A stretch of DNA of 64,000 bases from an uncultured Dehalococcoidia bacterium. Its GTDB lineage: Bacteria; Chloroflexota; Dehalococcoidia; Lucifugimonadales; UBA3495. The stretch's first letter is position 1, and every line of letters begins with the position of its first letter. This document shows positions 48,972 through 57,559 of this stretch, in pieces. The notes under the pieces are model-generated. The model did no database searches. It was not told the origin of the DNA and was given only the letters and a program-made list of their open reading frames with translations. The stretch is from positions 245,335 to 309,334 of the forward strand of contig CATOSP010000003.1 in assembly GCA_951812625.1 (NCBI GenBank). The letters run 5' to 3'. Both the position numbers and the translations under genes were made by a program.

Positions 48972-50345
48972 TTACTCCCTCACAGGCGGCAACTTCACCG
49001 GGAAGGGAACGTTTGGATAGCGACTGACGACCCTGTTCCACACCGAATGACCGATTTCCTCAGCGCGCTGCACTATGTACGGCTCATCAATGGTCAATGC
49101 TTTGCCGTCGCGCATTATCCACTCGCCGTCTACCATCATGGACTTCACGTCGGCGGGCTGTCCGTTGTGGACAAACGACGAGACGATGCGCAGAGTTGGG
49201 ACAAGATGGGGACGCATCATGTCAATGAGGAACAGGTCGGCTTTCTTGCCCACCTCAAGTGAGCCGGTCTCCGAGCCGAGACCAAGTATGTCCGCCCCGC
49301 CCTGGGTTGCCCACTCCAGCATGTCCTCGGGCTGCGGGTCCATCTGGTCGTTGCGGCGCACCCGCTCCAGGAACAGCCCGGCGCGCATCACTTCAACCAT
49401 ATCCTCGGCCATATTGTCCGAACCCATGCCGATGCGGCAGCCCGCAGCTTGCAGCTCCTTCACCGGCGCCGCTGCCCCGCGCCGGGCGGCAATGGCGGCG
49501 TTGTTGGAGACCCCGACCCCTGCCTGACCCAGCAAGGCTATTTCCGACGAGTTCACATAGCGGCAGTGGGCGACCACGAGACGCGGCCCCAGGAAATCGT
49601 TAGCGAAGAGGTAGTGCGTGGGAGGGACTCCCCGGCTGCGCATCACGGCTTCGATTTCATCCTGGCTCTGGGAGAGATGGATCGTGTAACCGGTGCCGTG
49701 GGACTCCGCCATCTCCCGGCTGGCACGCAGCAACTCCGGCGAGCACATCTCCGGCGCATGGGGCGCTACGAAGCATGTGACGCGGCCTTCTTCCTTGCCG
49801 TGCCAGCCCTCTATCAGGTCGGCGCTCCGGCCGAGCCCTTGGTCAGTACGCTCCCGGGAAAACCTGTTTCCTCCCCGCGCCTGCCCTTCTTCCGCGTCGT
49901 TGATGTTGTCGGCCAAGACCAGGCGCAACCCGGTGCGCGCCAGGGATTGGGCGTAGCCTGCGACTCCTGCGGAAATCTCCATCAGGCAGGTCGTGCCGCT
50001 GCGCATGGCCTCCAGCGCGCCAAGGGTCGCCATCACTTCCTGTTCCTCTACCGAAAGCAGGGAGCGGGCCGCCGTGGGGAACCGCAACGTGGTGGGGAAA
50101 CCGAAGTCCTCCAGGATTCCCCGGTCTGCCGTGGCAAGCAGGTGGGTATGGCAGTTGACCAGTCCGGGGAACACGGCCTGTCCCGTCGCGTCCACCTGTT
50201 CGGCATCGGCATAGGCAGCGGCAACTTCGGTGGTAGGACCGACCGCCGCGATGCGACTCCCGTCGATGGCTATAGCTGCGTCGTACAGCACCGTCCGGGC
50301 CTGGTCCCCCGTGACAACTGTGGCATTCCTGATAACTGTCGTCAT
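48972..50345 (-). CDS. Amidohydrolase-family protein (MtaD/AtzA-like fold)
   Basis: PGLVNCHTH, IHLSQ, VAHC, GSD, GSLEVGKKAD. Confidence 0.88.
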   Translation of the reverse strand: MTTVIRNATVVTGDQARTVLYDAAIAIDGSRIAAVGPTTEVAAAYADAEQVDATGQAVFPGLVNCHTHLLATADRGILEDFGFPTTLRFPTAARSLLSVEEQEVMATLGALEAMRSGTTCLMEISAGVAGYAQSLARTGLRLVLADNINDAEEGQARGGNRFSRERTDQGLGRSADLIEGWHGKEEGRVTCFVAPHAPEMCSPELLRASREMAESHGTGYTIHLSQSQDEIEAVMRSRGVPPTHYLFANDFLGPRLVVAHCRYVNSSEIALLGQAGVGVSNNAAIAARRGAAAPVKELQAAGCRIGMGSDNMAEDMVEVMRAGLFLERVRRNDQMDPQPEDMLEWATQGGADILGLGSETGSLEVGKKADLFLIDMMRPHLVPTLRIVSSFVHNGQPADVKSMMVDGEWIMRDGKALTIDEPYIVQRAEEIGHSVWNRVVSRYPNVPFPVKLPPVRE

Positions 50346-50400
50346 GGGCTACATGGTAACATAGCGCCCGGACCAGACGGTCAATGAAGGAGTATTTCTC

Positions 50401-50871
50401 ATGCCAGAAGTGGAGAACAAACTGAAGGAGTTGGGCTACGAGCTTCCGCCGGCGCGGCGTACCCAGTTGGGCAACTTCATCCCCGCCGTGCGTACCGGCA
50501 ACCTGGTGTACCTGTCAGGCACCGGCCCTGGTTTGCCCGATGGCACCTTGCTCCACGTGGGCAAGCTGGGCTCAGACCTTACCATCGAGCAGGGATACGA
50601 CTGCGCGCGCCAAACGATGCTGAACCTGCTGACCAACCTGAAGGGGGAGATAGGCGACCTGGACAATCTGAAGCGGGTGGTCAAGCTGCTGTGCATGATC
50701 AACGCCGCCCCCGACTTTGGCGACACACCCAAGGTAGCCAATGGGGCGTCGGACCTACTGATCAGCCTCTATGGGGAGCAGGGCCGCCATGCCCGTTCCG
50801 CCGTGGGTATGTCCACACTCCCCGGCGGTATGCCAGTGGAGATAGAGATGATCGTGGAGGTGGAGGACTAG
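50401..50871 (+). CDS. RidA/YjgF-family protein
   Basis: VYLSG, ANGASD, GRHARSAVG, PVEIE. Confidence 0.92.
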   Translation: MPEVENKLKELGYELPPARRTQLGNFIPAVRTGNLVYLSGTGPGLPDGTLLHVGKLGSDLTIEQGYDCARQTMLNLLTNLKGEIGDLDNLKRVVKLLCMINAAPDFGDTPKVANGASDLLISLYGEQGRHARSAVGMSTLPGGMPVEIEMIVEVED

Positions 50872-51102
50872 GAAACCCCGCTGTTCCGCCGCCACCTCAT
50901 CGGCTTCGGCTCAGCCCTGCCAGCAGGGTGCTGAGATAGCCGCGAATGCCGGGTTAGAACAGGACCAGGGCGGGGGAATACACCTTTTCCGTGTACGCCC
51001 CTCACTGGTCTTCGTACAACTCCTCGTGGATTCCGCTTGTCCATCTACGAAGACCACTCTTCCGTTACAGCGCATCCCTCCTGAGATTTACCGCAGTTCC
51101 TC

Positions 51103-52527
51103 TTACCCCAACTCAGGGTGGCGGTGCTGTAGCCATGGTCTTGCCTGCTCGAATGCTGCCGACGCCCGGAGAACCGTGGCTTCCTCGCCCCGGCGGCCCA
51201 CTATCTGGAGACCGATGGGCAGACCCTCCGCCGAAAACCCGCACGGTATACTCGCTGCGGGCTGCCCGCCCAGGTTGAAGGGGCGGGTCATGGGCGAGAA
51301 CCCGCCGCGGGCCGGAACGTCCACGCCTCCGATGGTGGACGGCGGCTCTCCCACCGGAAAGGCAGGTACCGCCAGGGTGGGCGTGAGCAGCAGGTCGTAG
51401 GACTCCATCAGGTCATCGACACGGGCGCGCATCTGGTCCACGGCGCGTATCGACCCCGCGTAATCTGCGCCCGTCACGTTTCGAGCGTGTTCCAGGCATA
51501 AGAGGGTATTGTCGGTGAGAAGCTCCGGGCATTCGTCCAGAAGGTGACCGTAGCTAACGTAATTTCCGATGTAGAAGATGTTGAGGAACGCCGGGACCGG
51601 GTCATCGAGCACGAAGTCCGGCTCGTCGACGACGCAGCCCAACTCCTCGAACACCCGCGCCGCCCTGGACGTGACTTCCACAACCTCCGGGTCGATCACG
51701 GCATAACCCATGTTGGCGCTCCAGGCAATTCGCAATCCGGACGCTCCATTGTCCAGCGCCGCCTCGAAGTCCTGGGGTGTGTCTCTCATGGATGCCGGGT
51801 CTCGCGGGTCGTGGCCCGCCAGGGCTTGCAGCAACACGGCAGCGTCCCGGACGGTGCGGGCCATCGGCCCGGACTGGGACGTGAGGTTGGGTGAGGGGCG
51901 TCCCAAGCCCCCGGCGCGTGGGACCCTGCCCAGGGTGGGCTTGATGCCGTACAGCCCGCAAAAGCTGCTGGGGTTGCGTATGGAGCCGCCGCCGTCGGTA
52001 CCGGTGGCGATGGCGCACATGCCAGCGGCCACCGCCGCGCCCGCTCCACCGCTGGAGCCTCCCGGAGTGCGCTCGGGGTTCCAGGGATTGCGGGACGGCT
52101 CACCCAGCCGGTTTTCGGTGGTGCCCTGAAGACCGAACTCCGGAGTATTGGTCTTGCCCAGGAGCACCGCGCCCGATGCCTTGACCCGCTCCCAAACCAC
52201 GGAGTCGATGTCGGGGACCGTGTCACGGAAGGCCAGGGACCCCATAGTCGAGCGGATTCCGCTGGTGGCTTCCAGGTCCTTCACAGATATGGGGATTCCC
52301 AGCAGCGGCACTCCCCGAGTCCCGTTCTCTATCATCCCGTCGGCGGCGCGGGCTGCGGCCAGCGCTTCTTCTCCCGTGACGGTGAGATAGGCGTTGAGAA
52401 TGGGGTTAAGCTGCTCAATGCGGCGCAGGTAAAGCTCGGTCAGTTCCACCGAGGAGACCTCGCGGGCGTCCAGCATCTCCCGAAGTTCATACACGGGCGC
52501 GTATAGCAAGTCGGTGTCCGGCATCAT
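51103..52527 (-). CDS. Amidase signature enzyme
   Basis: PISVKD, GKTNTPEF, GGSSGG, TDGGGSIR. Confidence 0.93.
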   Translation of the reverse strand: MMPDTDLLYAPVYELREMLDAREVSSVELTELYLRRIEQLNPILNAYLTVTGEEALAAARAADGMIENGTRGVPLLGIPISVKDLEATSGIRSTMGSLAFRDTVPDIDSVVWERVKASGAVLLGKTNTPEFGLQGTTENRLGEPSRNPWNPERTPGGSSGGAGAAVAAGMCAIATGTDGGGSIRNPSSFCGLYGIKPTLGRVPRAGGLGRPSPNLTSQSGPMARTVRDAAVLLQALAGHDPRDPASMRDTPQDFEAALDNGASGLRIAWSANMGYAVIDPEVVEVTSRAARVFEELGCVVDEPDFVLDDPVPAFLNIFYIGNYVSYGHLLDECPELLTDNTLLCLEHARNVTGADYAGSIRAVDQMRARVDDLMESYDLLLTPTLAVPAFPVGEPPSTIGGVDVPARGGFSPMTRPFNLGGQPAASIPCGFSAEGLPIGLQIVGRRGEEATVLRASAAFEQARPWLQHRHPELG

Positions 52528-52623
52528 TGCTCCTATGGCATGGCTTCTTGATAGAAGGTTCTGCGGTCTATGTTCCGGTAGAGTTTCGTTTCAGGCGGCA
52601 CGGCTGACCGGTGGCGGTCCAGC

Positions 52624-52732
52624 GGCGAAAATTTAATTTCCCGGTCAATTCCGGACATTTCCGGTCACTGCTGACTCTCCAGGGCCGGGAAAAATTTCAG
52701 TTTTCCTCTCATATCCGCTCATTTCCTCTCAC
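52624..52732 (-). repeat. Two blocks of three 10-bp phased units
   Basis: Plus strand CCGGTCAATT-CCGGACATTT-CCGGTCAC and TTTTCCTCTC-ATATCCGCTC-ATTTCCTCTC, each next to AAAATTT. Confidence 0.65.
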
Positions 52733-52953
52733 TTTTACGAATTCCGGCGCATTGGCAGGGGGGCACGTGAGAGGCACATTCCCACCGAGTTCCAGTCACC
52801 CCCCCAACCCTCTCCTGGAAAGACATGATAGGGAAGCGCGACCAGGGTTGAAAAGGGGCAAGTGTCAGTAATGTGGAACCCGGAAGCGGTCCGGAGTGAA
52901 ACCGCCCCCGGTCGAGCCGGGGGCGGGCTGTAGTTGTAAATTGCAACGCTACC

Positions 52954-54135
52954 CTATGTTCCCTTGACGTTGACGATCTGTCGGAACGTGTGCACCACAT
53001 CCACCAAGTCTCGGGACTGTTCCATTACCAGGTCGATGTCCTTGTAAGCGCCCGGCAGTTCGTCAAGGAAGGCTTCGGAGCGCCTGACCTCGATGCCTTC
53101 CATGTACTGGTCGAAGTCCTCCATTGTAAAGGAATTGCGTGCCCGGTTGCGGCTGAGGCTTCGCCCCGCACCGTGAGGGGCTGTGTTCAACGACGCCTCG
53201 TTGCCCTTGCCCCGCACCACGTAGCTGGCAGTTCCCATCGAGCCGGGAATCAGCCCAAGCTGGTCTTCCCTAGCCTCGATTGCGCCCTTCCTGGAGACCA
53301 GCACGTTCTTCCCGAAGTGGTGTTCGCGCTGGGTGAAGTTGTGGTGACACTGGATGCGCTCAACCTCGTTGAACTCGCCGAAGCGGTACTGGAGGATCTT
53401 GAGGATGCGCTCGACCATCTCCTCGCGGTTGAGCTTGGCGAAGTCCTGCGCCCACAGCAGGTCGGTCATATAGTCATCGAACTCCGGTGTGTCCTCGACG
53501 AGGTAGGCCAGGTCGGTATCGGGCAGGTTGATGTACCACTTCTCCATCAATGCCTTGGCGGTCTTGATGTGGAACGTGGCCAGCTTGTTTCCGATTCCCC
53601 GGGAGCCGGAGTGGAGGAAGGCCCAGACAGAGTCCTCTTCGTCGAGCACGATTTCAATGAAGTGATTCCCGGAACCCAGCGAGCCAAGCTGCTTCCGCCA
53701 GTTGCGGTCAATCTTGTCGTAGAAGTCGAGGCGGTCCAACTCCGCTGCCTGGGTCTCCAGTTGTTCGATGCGCTCCCTGGCCGTCCGCTTGACGCTGCGG
53801 TTGTAGCGTCCAGCGCTCAACGGTATCTGCTCTTCGACGGCCTTGCGCAGATCGGACAGGTCCTCGGGCAGGTCGTCCTTGACCAGGGGTGTCTTGACCG
53901 CGATCATGCCGCAGCCTATGTCCACGCCCACGGCGGCGGGGATGATGGCCCGGAGCGTAGGGATGCAGGATCCGACGGTCGCGCCCATGCCGAAGTGGCA
54001 GTCAGGCATGACTGCGACGTGCTTGAAGATGAAGGGCAGTTCCGACAGGTTCCTGATCTGCTGAAGGGCGGAGTCCTCAATCTGCTCCTCCGGCACCCAG
54101 GACAGGATGTTCGGCCCGATGTTCAACGGCGGCAC
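52954..54135 (-). CDS. rtcB: RtcB-family RNA ligase
   Basis: MPDCH, GVDIGCG, GSGNHF, HSGSRG, HHN, RKGA, PGSMG, HGAGR, DELPGAYK. Confidence 0.95.
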   Translation of the reverse strand: MPPLNIGPNILSWVPEEQIEDSALQQIRNLSELPFIFKHVAVMPDCHFGMGATVGSCIPTLRAIIPAAVGVDIGCGMIAVKTPLVKDDLPEDLSDLRKAVEEQIPLSAGRYNRSVKRTARERIEQLETQAAELDRLDFYDKIDRNWRKQLGSLGSGNHFIEIVLDEEDSVWAFLHSGSRGIGNKLATFHIKTAKALMEKWYINLPDTDLAYLVEDTPEFDDYMTDLLWAQDFAKLNREEMVERILKILQYRFGEFNEVERIQCHHNFTQREHHFGKNVLVSRKGAIEAREDQLGLIPGSMGTASYVVRGKGNEASLNTAPHGAGRSLSRNRARNSFTMEDFDQYMEGIEVRRSEAFLDELPGAYKDIDLVMEQSRDLVDVVHTFRQIVNVKGT

Positions 54136-54181
54136 GATGGCCTCCCCGCGTCGTCGCGTGCGGACGACGCCCTTAGAAAAA

Positions 54182-54201
54182 AGTGTAACTTATAGTGTAA
54201 C
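54182..54201. promoter_or_regulatory. Direct repeat upstream of rtcB, putative operator
   Basis: AGTGTAAC-TTAT-AGTGTAAC. Confidence 0.45.
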
Positions 54202-54237
54202 ACGGAGGGGACGGAGGGCGGTTACCGGAGAGTCCGT

Positions 54238-54729
54238 TTACTCGGAGGGAGCGAGGGAAGCGAGGGCTTCTTCGGGAGTGACAACTTCCAGGTCGTATTG
54301 GGCACGAATACCGGAGGATTCCAGGTCGTCGCGCAGAGGGGTGTCGGCGGTTACCAGTGTGGCCCCGGTAGCTACTGCCAGCCTCACAATAAATCTGTCG
54401 TCTTGGCTGCCCTGAGGAATCAGTCCCTCTTCAGCAAACGACACAGCATTGCATCTGTCGAAGCCATCGAGTTTGCCATCGATTCGAATCGCATCGCGCA
54501 AGAGGCGCACCATCGCAGATCTCTGACTGACCGGCGGGCGTCTGGCTTGGTCCAGTTGGTGACGATATTTCGCCCATAGAGGAATATCTATCACGATTGT
54601 GTGACAGATATCGATGATTCGGTTTACCAGTTCGGTACAGGTATCGTCGGGTTCACCGTTCTCGTTGGTTCCGGTCTGGGCGAAGATCAGGACATTCTCG
54701 TCCAGAATAAAGGCTCTGTTTGGTGTCAA
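54238..54729 (-). CDS. PIN-domain protein
   Basis: FILDENV, DDRFIVRLA, LVTAD; start overlaps the ATPase stop (TTGA). Confidence 0.75.
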   Translation of the reverse strand: MTPNRAFILDENVLIFAQTGTNENGEPDDTCTELVNRIIDICHTIVIDIPLWAKYRHQLDQARRPPVSQRSAMVRLLRDAIRIDGKLDGFDRCNAVSFAEEGLIPQGSQDDRFIVRLAVATGATLVTADTPLRDDLESSGIRAQYDLEVVTPEEALASLAPSE

Positions 54730-56006
54730 GAGTTCTTCCGTAACGCTTCAACTAGCCGGTCCATTTCGTCCAGGTTCGCATCATAGAAACCCGGGAGTCC
54801 GCCCATCGTCTGGCCCCTGTCCGTGACCTCGATTTCGGTGGCGGAACAGATTCCCCGGTCGTCTTTCTCAAAGGCGTAGATTGCGACTTCCTCTTTAGAG
54901 ATTACCCCCTCAGCCACCAACACCAGAAGTCGTCCCAGCATGTGCTCGCCGTGGGTGGTCATGATTATTTGCTTGTCGTTGGACTTTGCTTCTTCTACAA
55001 GCACTTGGGTGAGGTCGCCCTGCGCCTTGGGGTGGAGGTGCAACTCCGGTTCCTCAATTAGTAGAGTGGCTCCGCGTTCGGCCCTGGCAAGCTCGAACAG
55101 TAGCCGTACAAGGGCATTGGTACCGAAGCCTTCGGCAACCAAGCTTACTTCACCTGCTGGAGCAAGGGATACGGGCTTGGTCGATACAGGCGGTACCATG
55201 TCCATCCGAAAACCTACCCCGGTAACTTCTTTCATCCAATCGGAGATTTTGGATACATCCGAACTGGAGTAGACCAAAGACGTGGCTGTATCTTCCTCCT
55301 GCTGCCCTAATCCATTGACATGGGAAATATCATTCACCAGCCTCGGACCCAATTGATAAACTTGGCGAGCCAGTGCTCTGGCTGCGGGTACTGACCTCAG
55401 TGTCTCCATTACCCTCGTTGGAGCGTGTGATGCGTCCTCTAAGAAGTGGTCAAAAGTCTCTACCGGCCAAATTATTGAGTGGTCCAGTGATTTGCTCCCA
55501 CTGAACGTCATTTCTGCAACGTCGATTCCTGGCGCTCCAGCGTAAGACAATTCTAGATATCCGAACTGGATCGTAGTCCAATCATCGTTGGTGTTCGCGG
55601 CTATAACGAATGGGACTTGCCCGAATTCGAACCTAGTGTTGCCGGTTTTTGATAGAGTCTTTGAAGCATCGGGTGTGAAGCTAAGATAGACGTTAAAATC
55701 AACTGGAATTGTGAGTCTATCCCAATAAACTGGCCAATCTCCAGACAGTGAAACACCGACTATATCCGATTCAGAGTCTGCGCTATGCAGCATGAAGTCT
55801 TCTTCGCCAATTCGCACCAAATCCCCATGCAAGTCCAGGGCTTGGCTGGCGTCCTTTGACTGTTTCAACAGGAGTAACGCTTGCAGGACGCCGGACTTGC
55901 CGGTGCCGTTTGGGCCAATGAGCACCGTTACCAGCTTGGGGCTGATTTCCAGGTCGCTGAAGCACTTGAAGTTTCGCAGACCTATTTTTGTAATCATCTG
56001 AGCCAC
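54726..56006 (-). CDS. ABC-type ATPase (AAA_15/AAA_21, DUF3696-like C-terminus)
   Basis: NFKCF, Walker A GPNGTGKS, EGFG signature, Walker B IEEPE, HLHP, TTH, PGFYD. Confidence 0.9.
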   Translation of the reverse strand: MAQMITKIGLRNFKCFSDLEISPKLVTVLIGPNGTGKSGVLQALLLLKQSKDASQALDLHGDLVRIGEEDFMLHSADSESDIVGVSLSGDWPVYWDRLTIPVDFNVYLSFTPDASKTLSKTGNTRFEFGQVPFVIAANTNDDWTTIQFGYLELSYAGAPGIDVAEMTFSGSKSLDHSIIWPVETFDHFLEDASHAPTRVMETLRSVPAARALARQVYQLGPRLVNDISHVNGLGQQEEDTATSLVYSSSDVSKISDWMKEVTGVGFRMDMVPPVSTKPVSLAPAGEVSLVAEGFGTNALVRLLFELARAERGATLLIEEPELHLHPKAQGDLTQVLVEEAKSNDKQIIMTTHGEHMLGRLLVLVAEGVISKEEVAIYAFEKDDRGICSATEIEVTDRGQTMGGLPGFYDANLDEMDRLVEALRKNS

Positions 56007-56063
56007 CCCTCGCGCTGCATTATAGCAACGGTGGTTGTCGTTACGTCGGCTCCCAGAAAACAG

Positions 56064-56091
56064 GTCCGGCGCAGGTCATCCTGCGCCGGAC
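56064..56091 (-). terminator. Terminator after the capA-like gene
   Basis: GTCCGGCGCAGG-TCAT-CCTGCGCCGGAC with a nearby U-tract on the minus strand. Confidence 0.6.
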
Positions 56092-56126
56092 GGTGTGTGC
56101 CCTACGATGGTAACGAGATTCGCTGA

Positions 56127-57476
56127 CTAGAGGCGGATGTAGCCCGTGTCACCCTCGATGGTTATCTCCGTGCCGTAGGGCTTGGAGACTTCCTGGAGCC
56201 ATGTCAGGGTCTGCTGGGCTATTTCACCCTCGGCCATGACCGGGCGACCACGCTGGGGGATGGGACGGCCGTGGCCCATGTCGATGGGATGCAGGACTAT
56301 CTCCCGCAGGTCCCCACCCTGGTAGTTGCACACCGCGACCACACTCTGCCAGAACACCGGGTCGCCGGCGAAGGCGCGGCTGCCGCCCCCGGAGCGGGTG
56401 TCCAGGTAGTCGCCGGGGGTGTGTTCATGGGTCAGGTTGAAACGGCGGTACGACTCGTCGGGCAGCCACAGGACGCTTTCATTCTGGAAGATGAAGTTGC
56501 CCAGGCTGTAGAAGATGGGGCGGTTCTTGTATATCTCGATGCCCCGCAGCAGGTGCGGCCCATGCCCCGCGAACAGCGCGCAGCCCTGGTCAATCGTCCA
56601 GCGGGCGAAGTCTTCCAGGAACTCCGGCGGCGACGTACGGGTCGTGCCATGGTACTCCCCGGCGCTGCCGCTCTCGTGGCAGTGGGCGCCGTAAATCTGG
56701 AAGTCAGAGAGCTTCTGAGACCCCCTGATCCACTTGGCCATTCCGGAGAGGTCATCGTTATTTGGCGAGGTGTGAATGCCGAACTCCTCGGACAACAGGA
56801 ACTTCTTTTCCAGGAATTCCAGCTCCGTGCTGTGGTCCACGGCATCCTCAACTCCGCTGAACCCGAAGGCGTTGGAGGCGACCTTGTGATCGTCGTAGCC
56901 CAACTCCCGGTTGGCCTTGTTGAGGGCGTCGAAGACGTCCCGCTCCACGTGGTGGACCAACTGGTGCCGCAGGGCGTTCACTCCCGGACGGCCGGGGAAG
57001 TCGGGGCGGCCCGGCCCGGCGCGCGACTGGTCGCTGAACGTGCTGGTGGCCGACATGACCGCGACTCGGCCCATTGCCGAGTCCACGTACGCGGGCGCCC
57101 TGGCCTCGTCGATGTTGTGCCCGCCACCGGCCTGGGGCAGGCCCTTTTCGTGGCAGTGCTGGAGCGTGGTCAGGAATCCGCCCTCGGAGAAGTCGAAGGA
57201 ATGGTTGTTCGCGGTGGTCACCGCGTCGATACCCATCCACTTCAATTCGTCCAGGTTGGCCGGGTCGGAGCGGGTGTAGGTCGCGCCGCTCCATTGCCAA
57301 CTGCTCTCGTAATCGTGGAAGAGCATTTCCAGGTTGACCACGCTGACATCGGCGTCGCGCAGCACTTTGACCAGCTTGTGGAAAGCCTCCTCCCGGAAGG
57401 GCTGCATTCGCCGGGTGATCATGGCGTCGCCGCCCACCGCTATGGATATGTCCCGTTTTTCAGCGTCGTATATCAT
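56127..57476 (-). CDS. CapA-family metallophosphatase-fold protein
   Basis: GD, NLE, ANNH, HCHE, GHGPH, YSLGNF. Confidence 0.9.
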   Translation of the reverse strand: MIYDAEKRDISIAVGGDAMITRRMQPFREEAFHKLVKVLRDADVSVVNLEMLFHDYESSWQWSGATYTRSDPANLDELKWMGIDAVTTANNHSFDFSEGGFLTTLQHCHEKGLPQAGGGHNIDEARAPAYVDSAMGRVAVMSATSTFSDQSRAGPGRPDFPGRPGVNALRHQLVHHVERDVFDALNKANRELGYDDHKVASNAFGFSGVEDAVDHSTELEFLEKKFLLSEEFGIHTSPNNDDLSGMAKWIRGSQKLSDFQIYGAHCHESGSAGEYHGTTRTSPPEFLEDFARWTIDQGCALFAGHGPHLLRGIEIYKNRPIFYSLGNFIFQNESVLWLPDESYRRFNLTHEHTPGDYLDTRSGGGSRAFAGDPVFWQSVVAVCNYQGGDLREIVLHPIDMGHGRPIPQRGRPVMAEGEIAQQTLTWLQEVSKPYGTEITIEGDTGYIRL

Positions 57477-57559
57477 CCTCCCTCCTTATGAGTCCGGGGT
57501 TGCCTGCGGGGAATTATAGCATCGCGGGGAATGTACGCCACGGCCCTTGCCAGCGGCCG

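Noticed and set aside
50880-51100. Possible gene remnant between RidA and the amidase
   Set aside because: Short interrupted frames with no recognisable homology
51103-52527. gatA call
   Set aside because: No gatB/gatC neighbours; only generic amidase signature motifs seen
56127-57476. Poly-gamma-glutamate capsule locus
   Set aside because: No capB/capC nearby and no membrane anchor; CapA-family proteins are often stand-alone
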